Source of the DNA: Candidatus Heimdallarchaeota archaeon B3_Heim
GTDB lineage: Archaea; Asgardarchaeota; Heimdallarchaeia; Hodarchaeales; Hodarchaeaceae
Direction of reading: 5' to 3'
DNA length: 32,000 nt
Assembly: GCA_003144275.1 (NCBI GenBank)
Contig: NJBF01000004.1
Location: 60,001 to 92,000, forward strand
This document shows, piece after piece, positions 1 through 9,395 of the stretch. Both the position numbers and the translations under genes were made by a program. The notes under the pieces were generated by a model. That model was not told the DNA's origin and did no database searches. It saw nothing but the letters and a program-made list of their open reading frames with translations. Each line of letters opens with the position of its first letter. Position 1 is the first letter of the stretch.

Positions 1-240
1 CAAGGACAACATAAGAAAGCAATCGTAAAATTACAACAGAGTCAGAAAATTAATCCTAATGATCAAGTCACAAACAGACTTTTAGCTGACATATATTTAC
101 AGAATGGAGAGAAAGACGAGGCTCTTACTCATTTAAAGGCGATTCACCATAAAGATGAACAGATTTTCGAACAAATTGATGAATTGGAAAAATCAAAGAG
201 TAAAACGGCTCGTTTTCGTAAATTTTTTCGTCGAAATTAA
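1..240 (+). CDS. 3' end of a TPR-repeat protein (partial, starts before window)
   Basis: Frame 1 is open from base 1 to TAA at 238-240: QGQHKKAIVKLQQSQKINPNDQVTNRLLADIYLQNGEKDEALTHLKAI... This fits TPR helix-turn-helix spacing (A..KL..S.K+NP.D......LA.+Y...G...EA...L). Not in the supplied ORF track because it has no start codon in the window. Confidence 0.7.
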   Translation, partial: QGQHKKAIVKLQQSQKINPNDQVTNRLLADIYLQNGEKDEALTHLKAIHHKDEQIFEQIDELEKSKSKTARFRKFFRRN

Positions 241-369
241 TGGGGAGTTTTTCTTCTGTATTCTAGAAAAACAAACTGAAAGATTGATCATTGTTACGTT
301 TATTTCTTATAACCCCAAGCAAGAAAGTTTTGAATACTTACTAGAATATAGTTTCTACGGAGAATACCG

Positions 370-2187
370 TTGAATTCTGTCATTTCTGACCTGATTATTC
401 ACCCCTCAGTAAGACCTCAACAGCAGAGAACATATATTCAAATTCAAGAGAATTGGTCAAGATACTCTTCCTTCTTTTGCTCTTTACCCACGGGTTCAGG
501 AAAAACAGATATTGCGGCATGTTTGTTATCCAATTATCTTCTCACAAATTCCAATGGGAAGATTGATATTCTTGTCCCGTATAAAATGCATCAAGACTTT
601 TGGTATTCTGTATTACAAAAGTATGGACGGAAACATGGGTTTTCTGTTGCTCTCTTAAAGGGAAGAGCAGCTTATTATTGTCCTATCATTAAATCTGGTG
701 CTAACATTTCACCATGTGCTTTTGATCCACCGTACGCAAGAACTTGTCGATCTCGACAACGTTGTCCTCTCCTCATCGCTCGTCGGCAGATTAGAAAAAG
801 TCAGGTTAGGATTCTTAATTGGTGGGTATTTAAATATGTAGATTTGGGAGAAGAAAAAGCCACTTTTCGAATATTCGATGAGGCACATAATCTATTAAAT
901 TTAGAAACCTTAGTGCGAGTTGAAATAAGCTTTTCATTGCTAAGATCGCTTACAGAAGACGAAAAATCATTAGCAGTATTCCGTAACTGGGAAAAAACTC
1001 TATTAAAAGAAAAACAATTCGCAGAAATCGATTTACAAGAAGGATTAGATTTTCTTCATATGTTAAAGGGAGTATTAGCGAAAAAAGAGCTATTTATTGC
1101 AAAGCAGATGAATACACGTCCTGATTCTATCAGCCTTGATAGCCTGAGGGAGTTAAAGCGAGTAACTGAACTAATTACCGCGATATCAGATCTTATTGAG
1201 AATCCTAATTCAGCTGACTTGGCTTTTTTTCTTCAGAGAGATCGATCTAAAGGTACACTAAAGCTTACTGTTCAGCCATTTGACATTGCTTACATATTTT
1301 CCAAATTATTTCGAGGAGGAAAAAACCTTTTTATGTCTGCTACCATCGGAGATGGTGAATATCTCGCAAAATTACTTGGAATGGATCCAAAACACTGTTT
1401 GTATATAAAAGAATCTTCTGCGTTTGATAAAAATAATCATCCCTTTGTATTACTTAAAGAGGCGAAAAATCTTTCTACTGCAAATTCTAATAAGAAAAAG
1501 GACACCTTTGAATTCATCCAAAAGTACGCTCAGCCATTTATGAATTTGTTGTATAAAAATAAACAACGTGGACTTATTTTAGCATCAAGTTTTGAACTTG
1601 CACGGTTAATGGAGGGTTTAGCACGTGCAAATGGATTAGTAGTTATAACTCATACAGCAGGAAAATCTGATACCGCTGTCAAATCATTCATTGATGCAAA
1701 AAAGGGTGATATTTTAATTACACCGTCAGCCTGGGAGGGAATTTCACTAGATGATGATTTAGCACGTCTCTGTTTGATCCCCAAAGTTCCTTTCCCAATG
1801 ATGTTTGACCCAATTGTTCAAAGAAAAGTAAAAAAGTATCCTAATTTCCTTGAAAATGATGTACTAATCACTATTCAACAAGCCCATGGACGAATCCAGC
1901 GTAATCCTGAAGATTGGGGAATGACTATATTCTTTGATGGAAACTTTCGTTGGTTAAAAAATAAACGGAAAAGTAGTTTGGAACCTTGGTTTCTTGATCG
2001 TATTACTGAAATTACTGTTCAGGAAACATTACATCTCTTTGAAAATATGCTTGAAACATCCAATAAAAGTCACAAGAAACGAGGAAGTTCTCAAAAGAGA
2101 AACAACTTTTCACGGATGAAAAAAACTGATCGTGATTGGCTTCAAACAAGTGGATTAGCTGATCTACTTTCAAAACCAGAAGAATAA
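370..2187 (+). CDS. SF2 Fe-S cluster helicase, XPD/Rad3/DinG family
   Basis: Motif I PTGSGKT, motif II FDEAH, motif III MSAT, motif V WEGISL, motif VI QAHGRIQR. Four Cys (C-x11-C-x9-C-x5-C) lie between motifs I and II. TTG start with GGAG upstream. Confidence 0.88.
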   Translation: MNSVISDLIIHPSVRPQQQRTYIQIQENWSRYSSFFCSLPTGSGKTDIAACLLSNYLLTNSNGKIDILVPYKMHQDFWYSVLQKYGRKHGFSVALLKGRAAYYCPIIKSGANISPCAFDPPYARTCRSRQRCPLLIARRQIRKSQVRILNWWVFKYVDLGEEKATFRIFDEAHNLLNLETLVRVEISFSLLRSLTEDEKSLAVFRNWEKTLLKEKQFAEIDLQEGLDFLHMLKGVLAKKELFIAKQMNTRPDSISLDSLRELKRVTELITAISDLIENPNSADLAFFLQRDRSKGTLKLTVQPFDIAYIFSKLFRGGKNLFMSATIGDGEYLAKLLGMDPKHCLYIKESSAFDKNNHPFVLLKEAKNLSTANSNKKKDTFEFIQKYAQPFMNLLYKNKQRGLILASSFELARLMEGLARANGLVVITHTAGKSDTAVKSFIDAKKGDILITPSAWEGISLDDDLARLCLIPKVPFPMMFDPIVQRKVKKYPNFLENDVLITIQQAHGRIQRNPEDWGMTIFFDGNFRWLKNKRKSSLEPWFLDRITEITVQETLHLFENMLETSNKSHKKRGSSQKRNNFSRMKKTDRDWLQTSGLADLLSKPEE

Positions 2188-2286
2188 TTACTTAATTCTT
2201 TCTAAGCGATACACTGAAATGGGGAAAAAACAAATATATTACTCGTAAACGTTTCTCGTTGAAGAAAGTAATTTGGAGAATTCCGC

Positions 2287-3135
2287 ATGCATTTTATGTT
2301 ATATCCCCCCATTTCGGTCCAAGGAACAATAACAAGAGAATTAAATCTGCCAGGAATTGAAACACTTAAATCATTTAGTGTAACTCCTGAAAATGTAAGT
2401 TTCACTATCAATCATAATGATTCTCTACAAACGATTGATGTTATTACTTTCAATTCCCCTGTAACCGATGTTAATTTTCGTATCAGTCCTGATGACGACT
2501 ATCCGCTAGAATTAATGCCAATGGCGACAGTAGAGTTTCTCGAGGGATTCGCTCAGCTGATTGAGGGTTATACACTCATTACAGAGGAGGTTCCTGAGAC
2601 TGGGTACTTAGAATTATTTCGAGGAGATGTTTACCCAATTTCCATTAGAAGAGCGGACAAGAATCTGTATGCTACTACTGCAGAATTACGGCCTTTGCGG
2701 AAAGACTACTTTGTTGCCCTCAATAACTTTCTCCAGATTGATTTTGAAGAGCAGCTAGAAACATCACTAGCGACATTTGTGGAGAACGTTCTACATCCTA
2801 TGACAACAACAATGAAAGAGGTCTTCGCACTTGAAGAGAATAAAGATTGTGAAGATTCTGTAGTAACAGTCATCAAAGATGATTTTCACAGTTTAATCTC
2901 ACGAACTGAAGAATTAATTAGCATTGTTGATTATAATATGGACCAAACAGCAGAACGGAATAAGGCATTCCTTCGTCTAAGCCTCCCAGTAATGCTGAAA
3001 CAAGCGATTCTCGATAGTATCAATGATTTCGTACAATTTTCAAGAAAAGCAAACGCAATTTCATTGTCAATCAACAAAAGAACTGAAATTACGGCCGAGG
3101 CTCTTGCTGACCTTATAACAAAATTCTTCCATTAG
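2287..3135 (+). CDS. hypothetical protein (beta-rich N-terminus, helical acidic C-terminus)
   Basis: 282-aa ORF filling the gap between co-oriented genes; no recognisable motif. Confidence 0.7.
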   Translation: MHFMLYPPISVQGTITRELNLPGIETLKSFSVTPENVSFTINHNDSLQTIDVITFNSPVTDVNFRISPDDDYPLELMPMATVEFLEGFAQLIEGYTLITEEVPETGYLELFRGDVYPISIRRADKNLYATTAELRPLRKDYFVALNNFLQIDFEEQLETSLATFVENVLHPMTTTMKEVFALEENKDCEDSVVTVIKDDFHSLISRTEELISIVDYNMDQTAERNKAFLRLSLPVMLKQAILDSINDFVQFSRKANAISLSINKRTEITAEALADLITKFFH

Positions 3136-3168
3136 ATTTTTCTTCTTTACCGATTTTTGGTGATTTAA

Positions 3169-4953
3169 TTGGATATTTCGTTCCTTAAAGAGTTGATTTC
3201 ATGTGCACGAGGGGAGATTCCATCTGATATTCTTATTCAAAACGGGACACTGGTCAATGTTATCACTCGAGAGACCTATTTGGCTGATGTCGCAATTTAT
3301 AAGAATAGAATAGCTAATGTGGCTGAACCAGGCATTCTTGATACAGCAAATAGTAATAATAGTATTAATGCCCACGGAAAATATATTTCTCCTGGATTTA
3401 TCGAATCTCATTTGCATATAGAAAGTACCATGCTTCCACCATCTGAATTTGCCAAGTTAGTTGTCCCCCATGGAACGACTACTGTGATAATGGATCCTCA
3501 TGAGATAGGCAATGCATTGGGAGAGGAAGGCCTCAAGCTTCTTCTTGATCTTGCAGAAAAACAGCCATTACGTCTATTAATTGAAATTCCTTCCTGTGTT
3601 CCTGCGGCCCCTGGACTTGAGACAACCGCTTTTACCATTGATGATCATGCGATTGCAGATATGATTCAGAACGAACCACGTTTCTATGGATTAGGCGAAG
3701 TGATGAATTATCCAGGCGTCTTAGCCAAAAATGATAGCGTTCTGAATAAGGTGCTTCTAGGGAAAAATCTTTCAGTAATTGATGGTCATAGTCCAGGTGT
3801 CTCAGGAAGAGATTTAGATGCTTACATCACAACAGGGATAAAATCTGACCATGAAAGTACAACAGGGGAAGAATTGCTTGAGAAATTAAGGAAGGGTATG
3901 ACTACCATGGCAAGAGAGGGATCCTTCACTAAAGACATTCACAATGTGTTAAAACTCGTTAAAGACAAAGATCTTGACTTACGAAATTGTACTTTATGCT
4001 CTGATGATCGAAATGTCATTGACCTAGTGGCTAATGGTCATATGAATTCTCATATTCGAATGGCTGTTACAGAAGGATTAGATGTTTTAACTGCAATTCA
4101 GATGGTAACGATTAATGCAGCCACATACCTAGATCTCCATAATGAAATTGGTTCGATTGCCCCAGGAAAAATTGCAGATGTTGTGCTTTTAGATGATTTA
4201 AAAGATATGCAAGTCTCAACAGTTATTTCCAACGGAAAAATAGTTTATGCAAACAAAGAAGTCTTGTGGGACTTTTCACTAACTTCTCTTCCTGATTGGG
4301 CTCAAGACACAATAAAACTCATGACTCCTCCCTCATCAGAACACTTGAGAGCAAAAACTTCGCTCAAAGATGGCATGTATTCCGTAAAGGTTATAGGAGT
4401 AATTCCGAATTCAGTTCTAACTGATCTAAAGCATATTAATTTAGAAGTAAGAGATGGATGGATTCGACCGAATCCAAAAGAAGATATACTGTCTATTTCT
4501 GTTATTGAAAGATATGGTGTAAACGGCAATATTTCTAATGCATTCATTCAAGGATTCAAGATAACGGTAGAACGATTTGCTATGGCTACGACTGTGGCAC
4601 ACGATAGTCACAATTTGTTAGTAGCTGGCACGGATCATGAAACTATGATAGAAGCTGTCAAACTACTACAAAACATAAAAGGTGGTTATGTCGTTATTGC
4701 TGATGAGAAGATTGGCAAAGTTTCCCTTCCTTTTGGCGGTTTAATGAGTACTCAATCTTATCAAACCCTACTCCATGAGTTAGAGGCAATTAATAAAATC
4801 TTCACGGATGGAGTATCAAGTTTTGATGAACCACTGATGGCCTTATCATTCATGGCACTACCAGTAATTCCACATTTAAAGATCACCGATAAAGGACTTG
4901 TAGATGTGGATAAATTCGCTTTTACAGAATTGATAGATGATCTAACTTTATAA
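3169..4953 (+). CDS. ade: adenine deaminase (amidohydrolase superfamily)
   Basis: PGFIESHLHIESTM (HxH metal motif), DPHEIGN, GEVMNYPGV, DGHSPG, SDHE, CSDDR, TTVAHDSHN, MSFMALPVIPHLKITDKGL-type C-terminus. TTG start with GGTGA SD. Confidence 0.95.
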   Translation: MDISFLKELISCARGEIPSDILIQNGTLVNVITRETYLADVAIYKNRIANVAEPGILDTANSNNSINAHGKYISPGFIESHLHIESTMLPPSEFAKLVVPHGTTTVIMDPHEIGNALGEEGLKLLLDLAEKQPLRLLIEIPSCVPAAPGLETTAFTIDDHAIADMIQNEPRFYGLGEVMNYPGVLAKNDSVLNKVLLGKNLSVIDGHSPGVSGRDLDAYITTGIKSDHESTTGEELLEKLRKGMTTMAREGSFTKDIHNVLKLVKDKDLDLRNCTLCSDDRNVIDLVANGHMNSHIRMAVTEGLDVLTAIQMVTINAATYLDLHNEIGSIAPGKIADVVLLDDLKDMQVSTVISNGKIVYANKEVLWDFSLTSLPDWAQDTIKLMTPPSSEHLRAKTSLKDGMYSVKVIGVIPNSVLTDLKHINLEVRDGWIRPNPKEDILSISVIERYGVNGNISNAFIQGFKITVERFAMATTVAHDSHNLLVAGTDHETMIEAVKLLQNIKGGYVVIADEKIGKVSLPFGGLMSTQSYQTLLHELEAINKIFTDGVSSFDEPLMALSFMALPVIPHLKITDKGLVDVDKFAFTELIDDLTL

Positions 4954-4982
4954 AATGCAAACCAATAACAACAATCCATTGG

Positions 4983-5372
4983 ATGCAGCTACATATGGAA
5001 ATTAAAGAGTATTGTATTTACTCGCTTGATTTCGCCTATGCACGGATTTCTCATAGCACTAATGTAGAAATTGATTTTAGAGGAGTTCTGAGCTATCATA
5101 CAAAAGATTTAGATTTGCTATCACAAGTTACACGAGGAAACCTAGATCTTGAATCTGTTAATGTTTTTCTTAATTTTCAAATTCAAAGACATATTGGTTT
5201 GATACTCAAAGATATAAAAGAGCACGAAATTGTTAATCAAAGGCCGATTATCGTCAACCGCATTAAAATGATTGTAAGAAACGAATTAAAAGAGATAGGT
5301 CTTGAATTTGTAAATTTCAAGCAGATTTCGTTATGGAGTCACGGAGCGACAGCAAGAGGAATTGCTGGATAG
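4983..5372 (+). CDS. small stand-alone SPFH/band-7-like domain protein
   Basis: NVEIDFRGVLSYHTKD...HIGLILKDIKEHEIVNQRPIIVNRIKMIVRNELKEIGLEFVNFKQISL follows the SPFH core pattern (V.+D.++.Y.+.D ... +G.+.+.E+...R..+...+...+...+...G+.+..+.+.++). No transmembrane segment or coiled coil. Confidence 0.5.
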   Translation: MQLHMEIKEYCIYSLDFAYARISHSTNVEIDFRGVLSYHTKDLDLLSQVTRGNLDLESVNVFLNFQIQRHIGLILKDIKEHEIVNQRPIIVNRIKMIVRNELKEIGLEFVNFKQISLWSHGATARGIAG

Positions 5373-5382
5373 TCAGAAAATT

Positions 5383-6366
5383 TTAGTTTTTGATCTCTTT
5401 CTTGATAGTCCTCACCTCAAAAGCTCGTAATTGAACTTGTTCTACACTTGGCGAGTATTTATGATGACCTTGTGATTCCACAAAATAAGAAGCTAGGGAA
5501 GCTGCTAATTTAGCGGTTTCGTCAATTGGTTTCCTTTTTGACACTCCAAAAATTAATCCAGCACGAAAAGCATCTTGCCAACCTTCTTTGGATATTTCAT
5601 CCGTGATCGGCCCTTCTGTTACTTTAATATTCATGTTTTTAGCATGAACTATTACTTTAGAGCGATTTACCAGAGATATAATATATTTGAGATGGGGATA
5701 TTTTTGAAAGAAATCAGAACGAGTTACTTTTGCTTTCTCTTCTAGCAACTGCAATTCGGTTTCTTCACATACGAACATTGATACTTTTTCTAATATTTGG
5801 GAAAACCTCCATTGGGAAACCTCTCTAATATTCCCATCGGGGGAATATACAATAGGAATACCTTTGTTTGATTCATGTAGATAATTCAGAAACTTAACAT
5901 CTGCTTCAACTTTTCCAGTTCCAACAAATATCACGCTGAATTGATCAAGAAGTTTAGGAGGTACTATACCATTTATAGATTGCTCTGCAAGATAATTATA
6001 ACAATTATTCTGCTGTACTCTTATATACTGATCTTTCTCGTCCTTCAGATGAAAATTACATGCGGTTTCTCTGTCTGAGTCATGAAACAGCTTTAATTTT
6101 ACTCCCAACTGCTCAAAATAGGGTTTTAAATCCCATTCAAAATCTTTACCTACAATAGAAGTGAGAGTTGGTGAACTACCAAGCACTGTCAACCCATATA
6201 CGATATTAGAGGCCATTCCATCAAATTCTCTTTTTGCTTCTCCGGCTTGGAGCGTATTTGATTCGGTGAAGGTCTTAAAATCACTAAAAATCGTAAATTT
6301 TAATTTATACGCAACTTTACCAATTACTAAGATATTAGAACTCATTTTCTTAATTCCTGCGTACAT
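5383..6366 (-). CDS. PfkB/ribokinase-family nucleoside kinase homolog with degenerate catalytic motifs
   Basis: DGMASNIVYGLTVLG...IVGKDF (PfkB signature 1-like) and QDAFRAGLIFG...AASLASYFVESQG (signature 2-like), colinear with archaeal MJ0406-type nucleoside kinases. True start may be the second Met (MSSN). Confidence 0.8.
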   Translation of the reverse strand: MYAGIKKMSSNILVIGKVAYKLKFTIFSDFKTFTESNTLQAGEAKREFDGMASNIVYGLTVLGSSPTLTSIVGKDFEWDLKPYFEQLGVKLKLFHDSDRETACNFHLKDEKDQYIRVQQNNCYNYLAEQSINGIVPPKLLDQFSVIFVGTGKVEADVKFLNYLHESNKGIPIVYSPDGNIREVSQWRFSQILEKVSMFVCEETELQLLEEKAKVTRSDFFQKYPHLKYIISLVNRSKVIVHAKNMNIKVTEGPITDEISKEGWQDAFRAGLIFGVSKRKPIDETAKLAASLASYFVESQGHHKYSPSVEQVQLRAFEVRTIKKEIKN

Positions 6367-6385
6367 TTGGGTATAAATGGGCTAT

Positions 6386-7276
6386 TTATGATGACCTAAC
6401 TAGAATACTAGCATAACCAACAGTATAACCCCCTCCAGGGCGTATATCAGTACTGTTAGCATATTTCAGGATTTGTACAGAGGGAGTACCCAAGTTTTTT
6501 GCAGTTTGAATGAGGGTAAATATCGGACCATATCCACACATTGTCATTCTTATTCTCTTTCGAAACTGTTCTGCCTCTTTGAGATTCATTGACTCTAAAT
6601 AGGATAACATTACTTTATCATTCTTAACAACAAGATCATAATTGTTTTCATGTGAGAAATCGCTACTAGACACTATTAGAATACGCTTTTCAGTATGTGA
6701 TTTTATATAATCACTCAAAAAAGTGGAAAGAGTGGATACTGTTGGATCAAAGGATTGATCTCCTAGGCAAATAGGTGCTATCTCAAATTCATTTTTGTAA
6801 AGATATTGCAAAAAAGGCAACTGTATGTCTATTGAATGTTCATTTACATGTGCGACTTGCTCGAACCCAATTCGATTCTGGATTGATCCAAAATCGTAGG
6901 TTTTAGCATATTCCACAAATTCAGTATCAACCTTTACAGATCCAAGAGGATTACGCCAATGTCCTTCTGGATAAAAAGAAATCGGTGCACCCAATCCTTG
7001 ATGATTAGGCCCTAATATCACGATGGTATTAACCTTTTCTACTCGTTTATATACTTCTGCAAAGCCATGAGATGCAATAGGTCCGCTATACACATATCCT
7101 GCGTGGGGAGAGACTATTCCTATGAGATTTGGGTCAACATTCCTATTTTCTAAATCTTCCAGAGGATCTTTCCCATATCCCCATTGCTTATCAAGAAATA
7201 AATCGTGAATTTGTCGCGTTAAGGTTTTTTCGGATCCCTCATACCAACTACCTGCGTGTCGACTTTGTCGTTCCAA
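6386..7276 (-). CDS. MEMO1 family protein (AmmeMemoRadiSam system protein B)
   Basis: RHAGSWY, SPHAGYVYSG, GPNH, EHSIDIQLPFLQ, SSDFSH, TMCGYGP, VGYASI. Confidence 0.93.
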   Translation of the reverse strand: MERQSRHAGSWYEGSEKTLTRQIHDLFLDKQWGYGKDPLEDLENRNVDPNLIGIVSPHAGYVYSGPIASHGFAEVYKRVEKVNTIVILGPNHQGLGAPISFYPEGHWRNPLGSVKVDTEFVEYAKTYDFGSIQNRIGFEQVAHVNEHSIDIQLPFLQYLYKNEFEIAPICLGDQSFDPTVSTLSTFLSDYIKSHTEKRILIVSSSDFSHENNYDLVVKNDKVMLSYLESMNLKEAEQFRKRIRMTMCGYGPIFTLIQTAKNLGTPSVQILKYANSTDIRPGGGYTVGYASILVRSS

Positions 7277-7312
7277 TTTCTTATCCCAGCATTATTTTTG
7301 TATTAAGTTACA

Positions 7313-7801
7313 TTATTTTTGAATTATTCTAAAATGCTTCCCTCTTTTCACTCCATATTTTTCTAAGGTATTCTTATTTTTGTCCTTGATAGTGAAATCC
7401 CCGTTATCTTTTCTAAGATAACCAACATATATCTTTTGATTATCAATTTCAAGCCACAGATGGATGAAATTTTCAAATTGAGGATCCTCAGACCGGTTAA
7501 TTCTGAATTTACCTAATTTTTTTCCTTCATCTGTGATTTCTAATTTGAATTCTTCTTTAAGCTTCTGTTTAGACTGTTTTATTTCTGTTTGAAGTTTTTG
7601 GGGCTTACGAAGCTTTTTTTCTTCTTCATCAAGATAAGAAATTGCTAATTGTGTTGCAGCTTCAATAGCTTCTTGAGTTGTAGAAGGATCGTTTACATTT
7701 AGTTCAAACTCAATGAAAATCTCCTCAGGCTCAAATTTACTAACGATAATCTTTCTACTTCGTCCTACACGTTTTGGGACAACCTGCCATTTATTTTTCA
7801 T
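7313..7801 (-). CDS. hypothetical protein (charged, central coiled segment)
   Basis: 162-aa ORF with AGGTG SD upstream; co-oriented with MEMO1, 36 bp apart. Confidence 0.7.
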   Translation of the reverse strand: MKNKWQVVPKRVGRSRKIIVSKFEPEEIFIEFELNVNDPSTTQEAIEAATQLAISYLDEEEKKLRKPQKLQTEIKQSKQKLKEEFKLEITDEGKKLGKFRINRSEDPQFENFIHLWLEIDNQKIYVGYLRKDNGDFTIKDKNKNTLEKYGVKRGKHFRIIQK

Positions 7802-7946
7802 TATTATACACCTTATTATCTACTCTAGATTTAAATGTTAAAGAAATCATCTTGTCTCTTAGCTTACTTGATCCAACTTAAAATCCATAAAACCTCTCCC
7901 TCTCCTTTAGGATATCTGGTGGTTTATAAAATATTCGGAGCTAAAA

Positions 7947-9389
7947 CTACTCGGGGGTTTGATTTAAATCTTTCTCAAGTATCATTTCATGAATTGCCTT
8001 AGCTGCTTTTCGACCTGCACCCATGGCTAGTATTACAGTAGCTGCACCAGTTGCTACATCACCACCACAAAAGATTCTCTCGCGGGTTGTTGCACCTGTT
8101 TCTTCATCATGTACAAACGTTCCCCATTTAGTAGTGTCCAGTCCATCAGTTGTCATTGCAATTAATTGATTGGGTCGCTGACCTATAGCGATAATAACTG
8201 TATCAACAGGAAAAATAAATTCTGTTTCTGGAATTGGAATCGGTCGTCGACGACCTGAAGCATCTTTTTCTCCTAGATCCATTTTCATACATTTCAGACC
8301 TACAACGTTTCCTTTATTATCGCCAATTATTTCTAACGGTAATGTTAATTCTCCGATAACTACTCCCTCTTCTTTAGCGTGAATTATTTCCTCTAATCGT
8401 GCCGGAATTTCTCCTTCTGATCGTCGATAAATTATATCGACCTCTCGTGCTCCTAGTCGTAAAGAGGTTCTTGCACAGTCCATTGCAACATTACCTGCTC
8501 CGACAACGGCGACTTTTTCCCCAATTGTCACTGGCGTATCATAATCAGGGAACATGTAACCTTTCAAAAGATTTACTCTGGTGAGAAACTCATTTGCAGA
8601 AAATACACCATTAAGGTTTTCTCCAGGAACGTCCAGAAAATTCGGAGTCCCAGCACCAGAAGCAACATAGACAGCATTAAAGTTATACTTTTCTAAAAGC
8701 TCATCTACAGTTATAGTTCTCCCAATAAGCGCATCTTTTTCAAATGTCACACCTAATGCCATGACAGATTTAACTTCGTCATTTACAACAGATTTGGGCA
8801 TTCGGAACTCAGGAATTCCGTAGGTTAAGACACCACCGTATTCATGTAATGCTTCGTAGACAGTTACTTTATGACCTAATATGGCTAACTCTGCAGCACA
8901 TGTCAAACCTGAGGGTCCAGAACCAACAACAGCAACTTTACTACCTAATTCGCTAGCAATATTTCTATCCCCACTTTCTCCATAATCTGCAACAAATCTT
9001 TCTAGATTCCCAATAGAAATAGCATTGGGATGAATACAGAACTCTTGACATTGATTTTCTTGAGGACAAACTCGTCCAGTTATCGCTGGAAGGCTATTGG
9101 TGCACAAGATAATGTCTTTCGCCCCATTGATATCATTTTCAAACAGTTTTTGAATGAATTCTGGAATTTGGACACTAACAGGACAACCTTTCACACAGCG
9201 AGGTTTCTTACACTTCAAACAGCGAGAGGCTTCCTCCAGAGCTTCTTTATCTGTATAGCCTAAAGCAACCTCATTGAAATTACGAATTCGTTCACGAGAT
9301 TCTTGAACACTCATATGAGTTCGTTTTTTCTTGAGCTTTTGCTTGCGTTGTTGCCTATTTTTTTCCCTTTCTTCACTCATAATGTTCAA
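7947..9389 (-). CDS. NfnB/SudA-type NADPH-dependent oxidoreductase (GltD-like large subunit), copy 1
   Basis: CLKCKKPRCVKGCP and GRVCPQENQCQEFC Fe-S motifs, IGNLERF, GSGPSG (FAD), YGIPEFRMPK, GAGNVAMD and YRRS (NADP), GGDVATGAATVILAMGAG. Start is TTG 9389 or ATG 9380. Confidence 0.92.
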   Translation of the reverse strand: MNIMSEEREKNRQQRKQKLKKKRTHMSVQESRERIRNFNEVALGYTDKEALEEASRCLKCKKPRCVKGCPVSVQIPEFIQKLFENDINGAKDIILCTNSLPAITGRVCPQENQCQEFCIHPNAISIGNLERFVADYGESGDRNIASELGSKVAVVGSGPSGLTCAAELAILGHKVTVYEALHEYGGVLTYGIPEFRMPKSVVNDEVKSVMALGVTFEKDALIGRTITVDELLEKYNFNAVYVASGAGTPNFLDVPGENLNGVFSANEFLTRVNLLKGYMFPDYDTPVTIGEKVAVVGAGNVAMDCARTSLRLGAREVDIIYRRSEGEIPARLEEIIHAKEEGVVIGELTLPLEIIGDNKGNVVGLKCMKMDLGEKDASGRRRPIPIPETEFIFPVDTVIIAIGQRPNQLIAMTTDGLDTTKWGTFVHDEETGATTRERIFCGGDVATGAATVILAMGAGRKAAKAIHEMILEKDLNQTPE

Positions 9390-9395
9390 GACTCC

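Noticed and set aside
155-373. 72-aa ORF from the track
   Set aside because: It overlaps the more convincing TPR-like frame (1-240), has no motif, and is likely a shadow ORF.
370-2187. CasDinG / defence-system helicase
   Set aside because: No cas genes, CRISPR repeats or recognisable defence genes are nearby.
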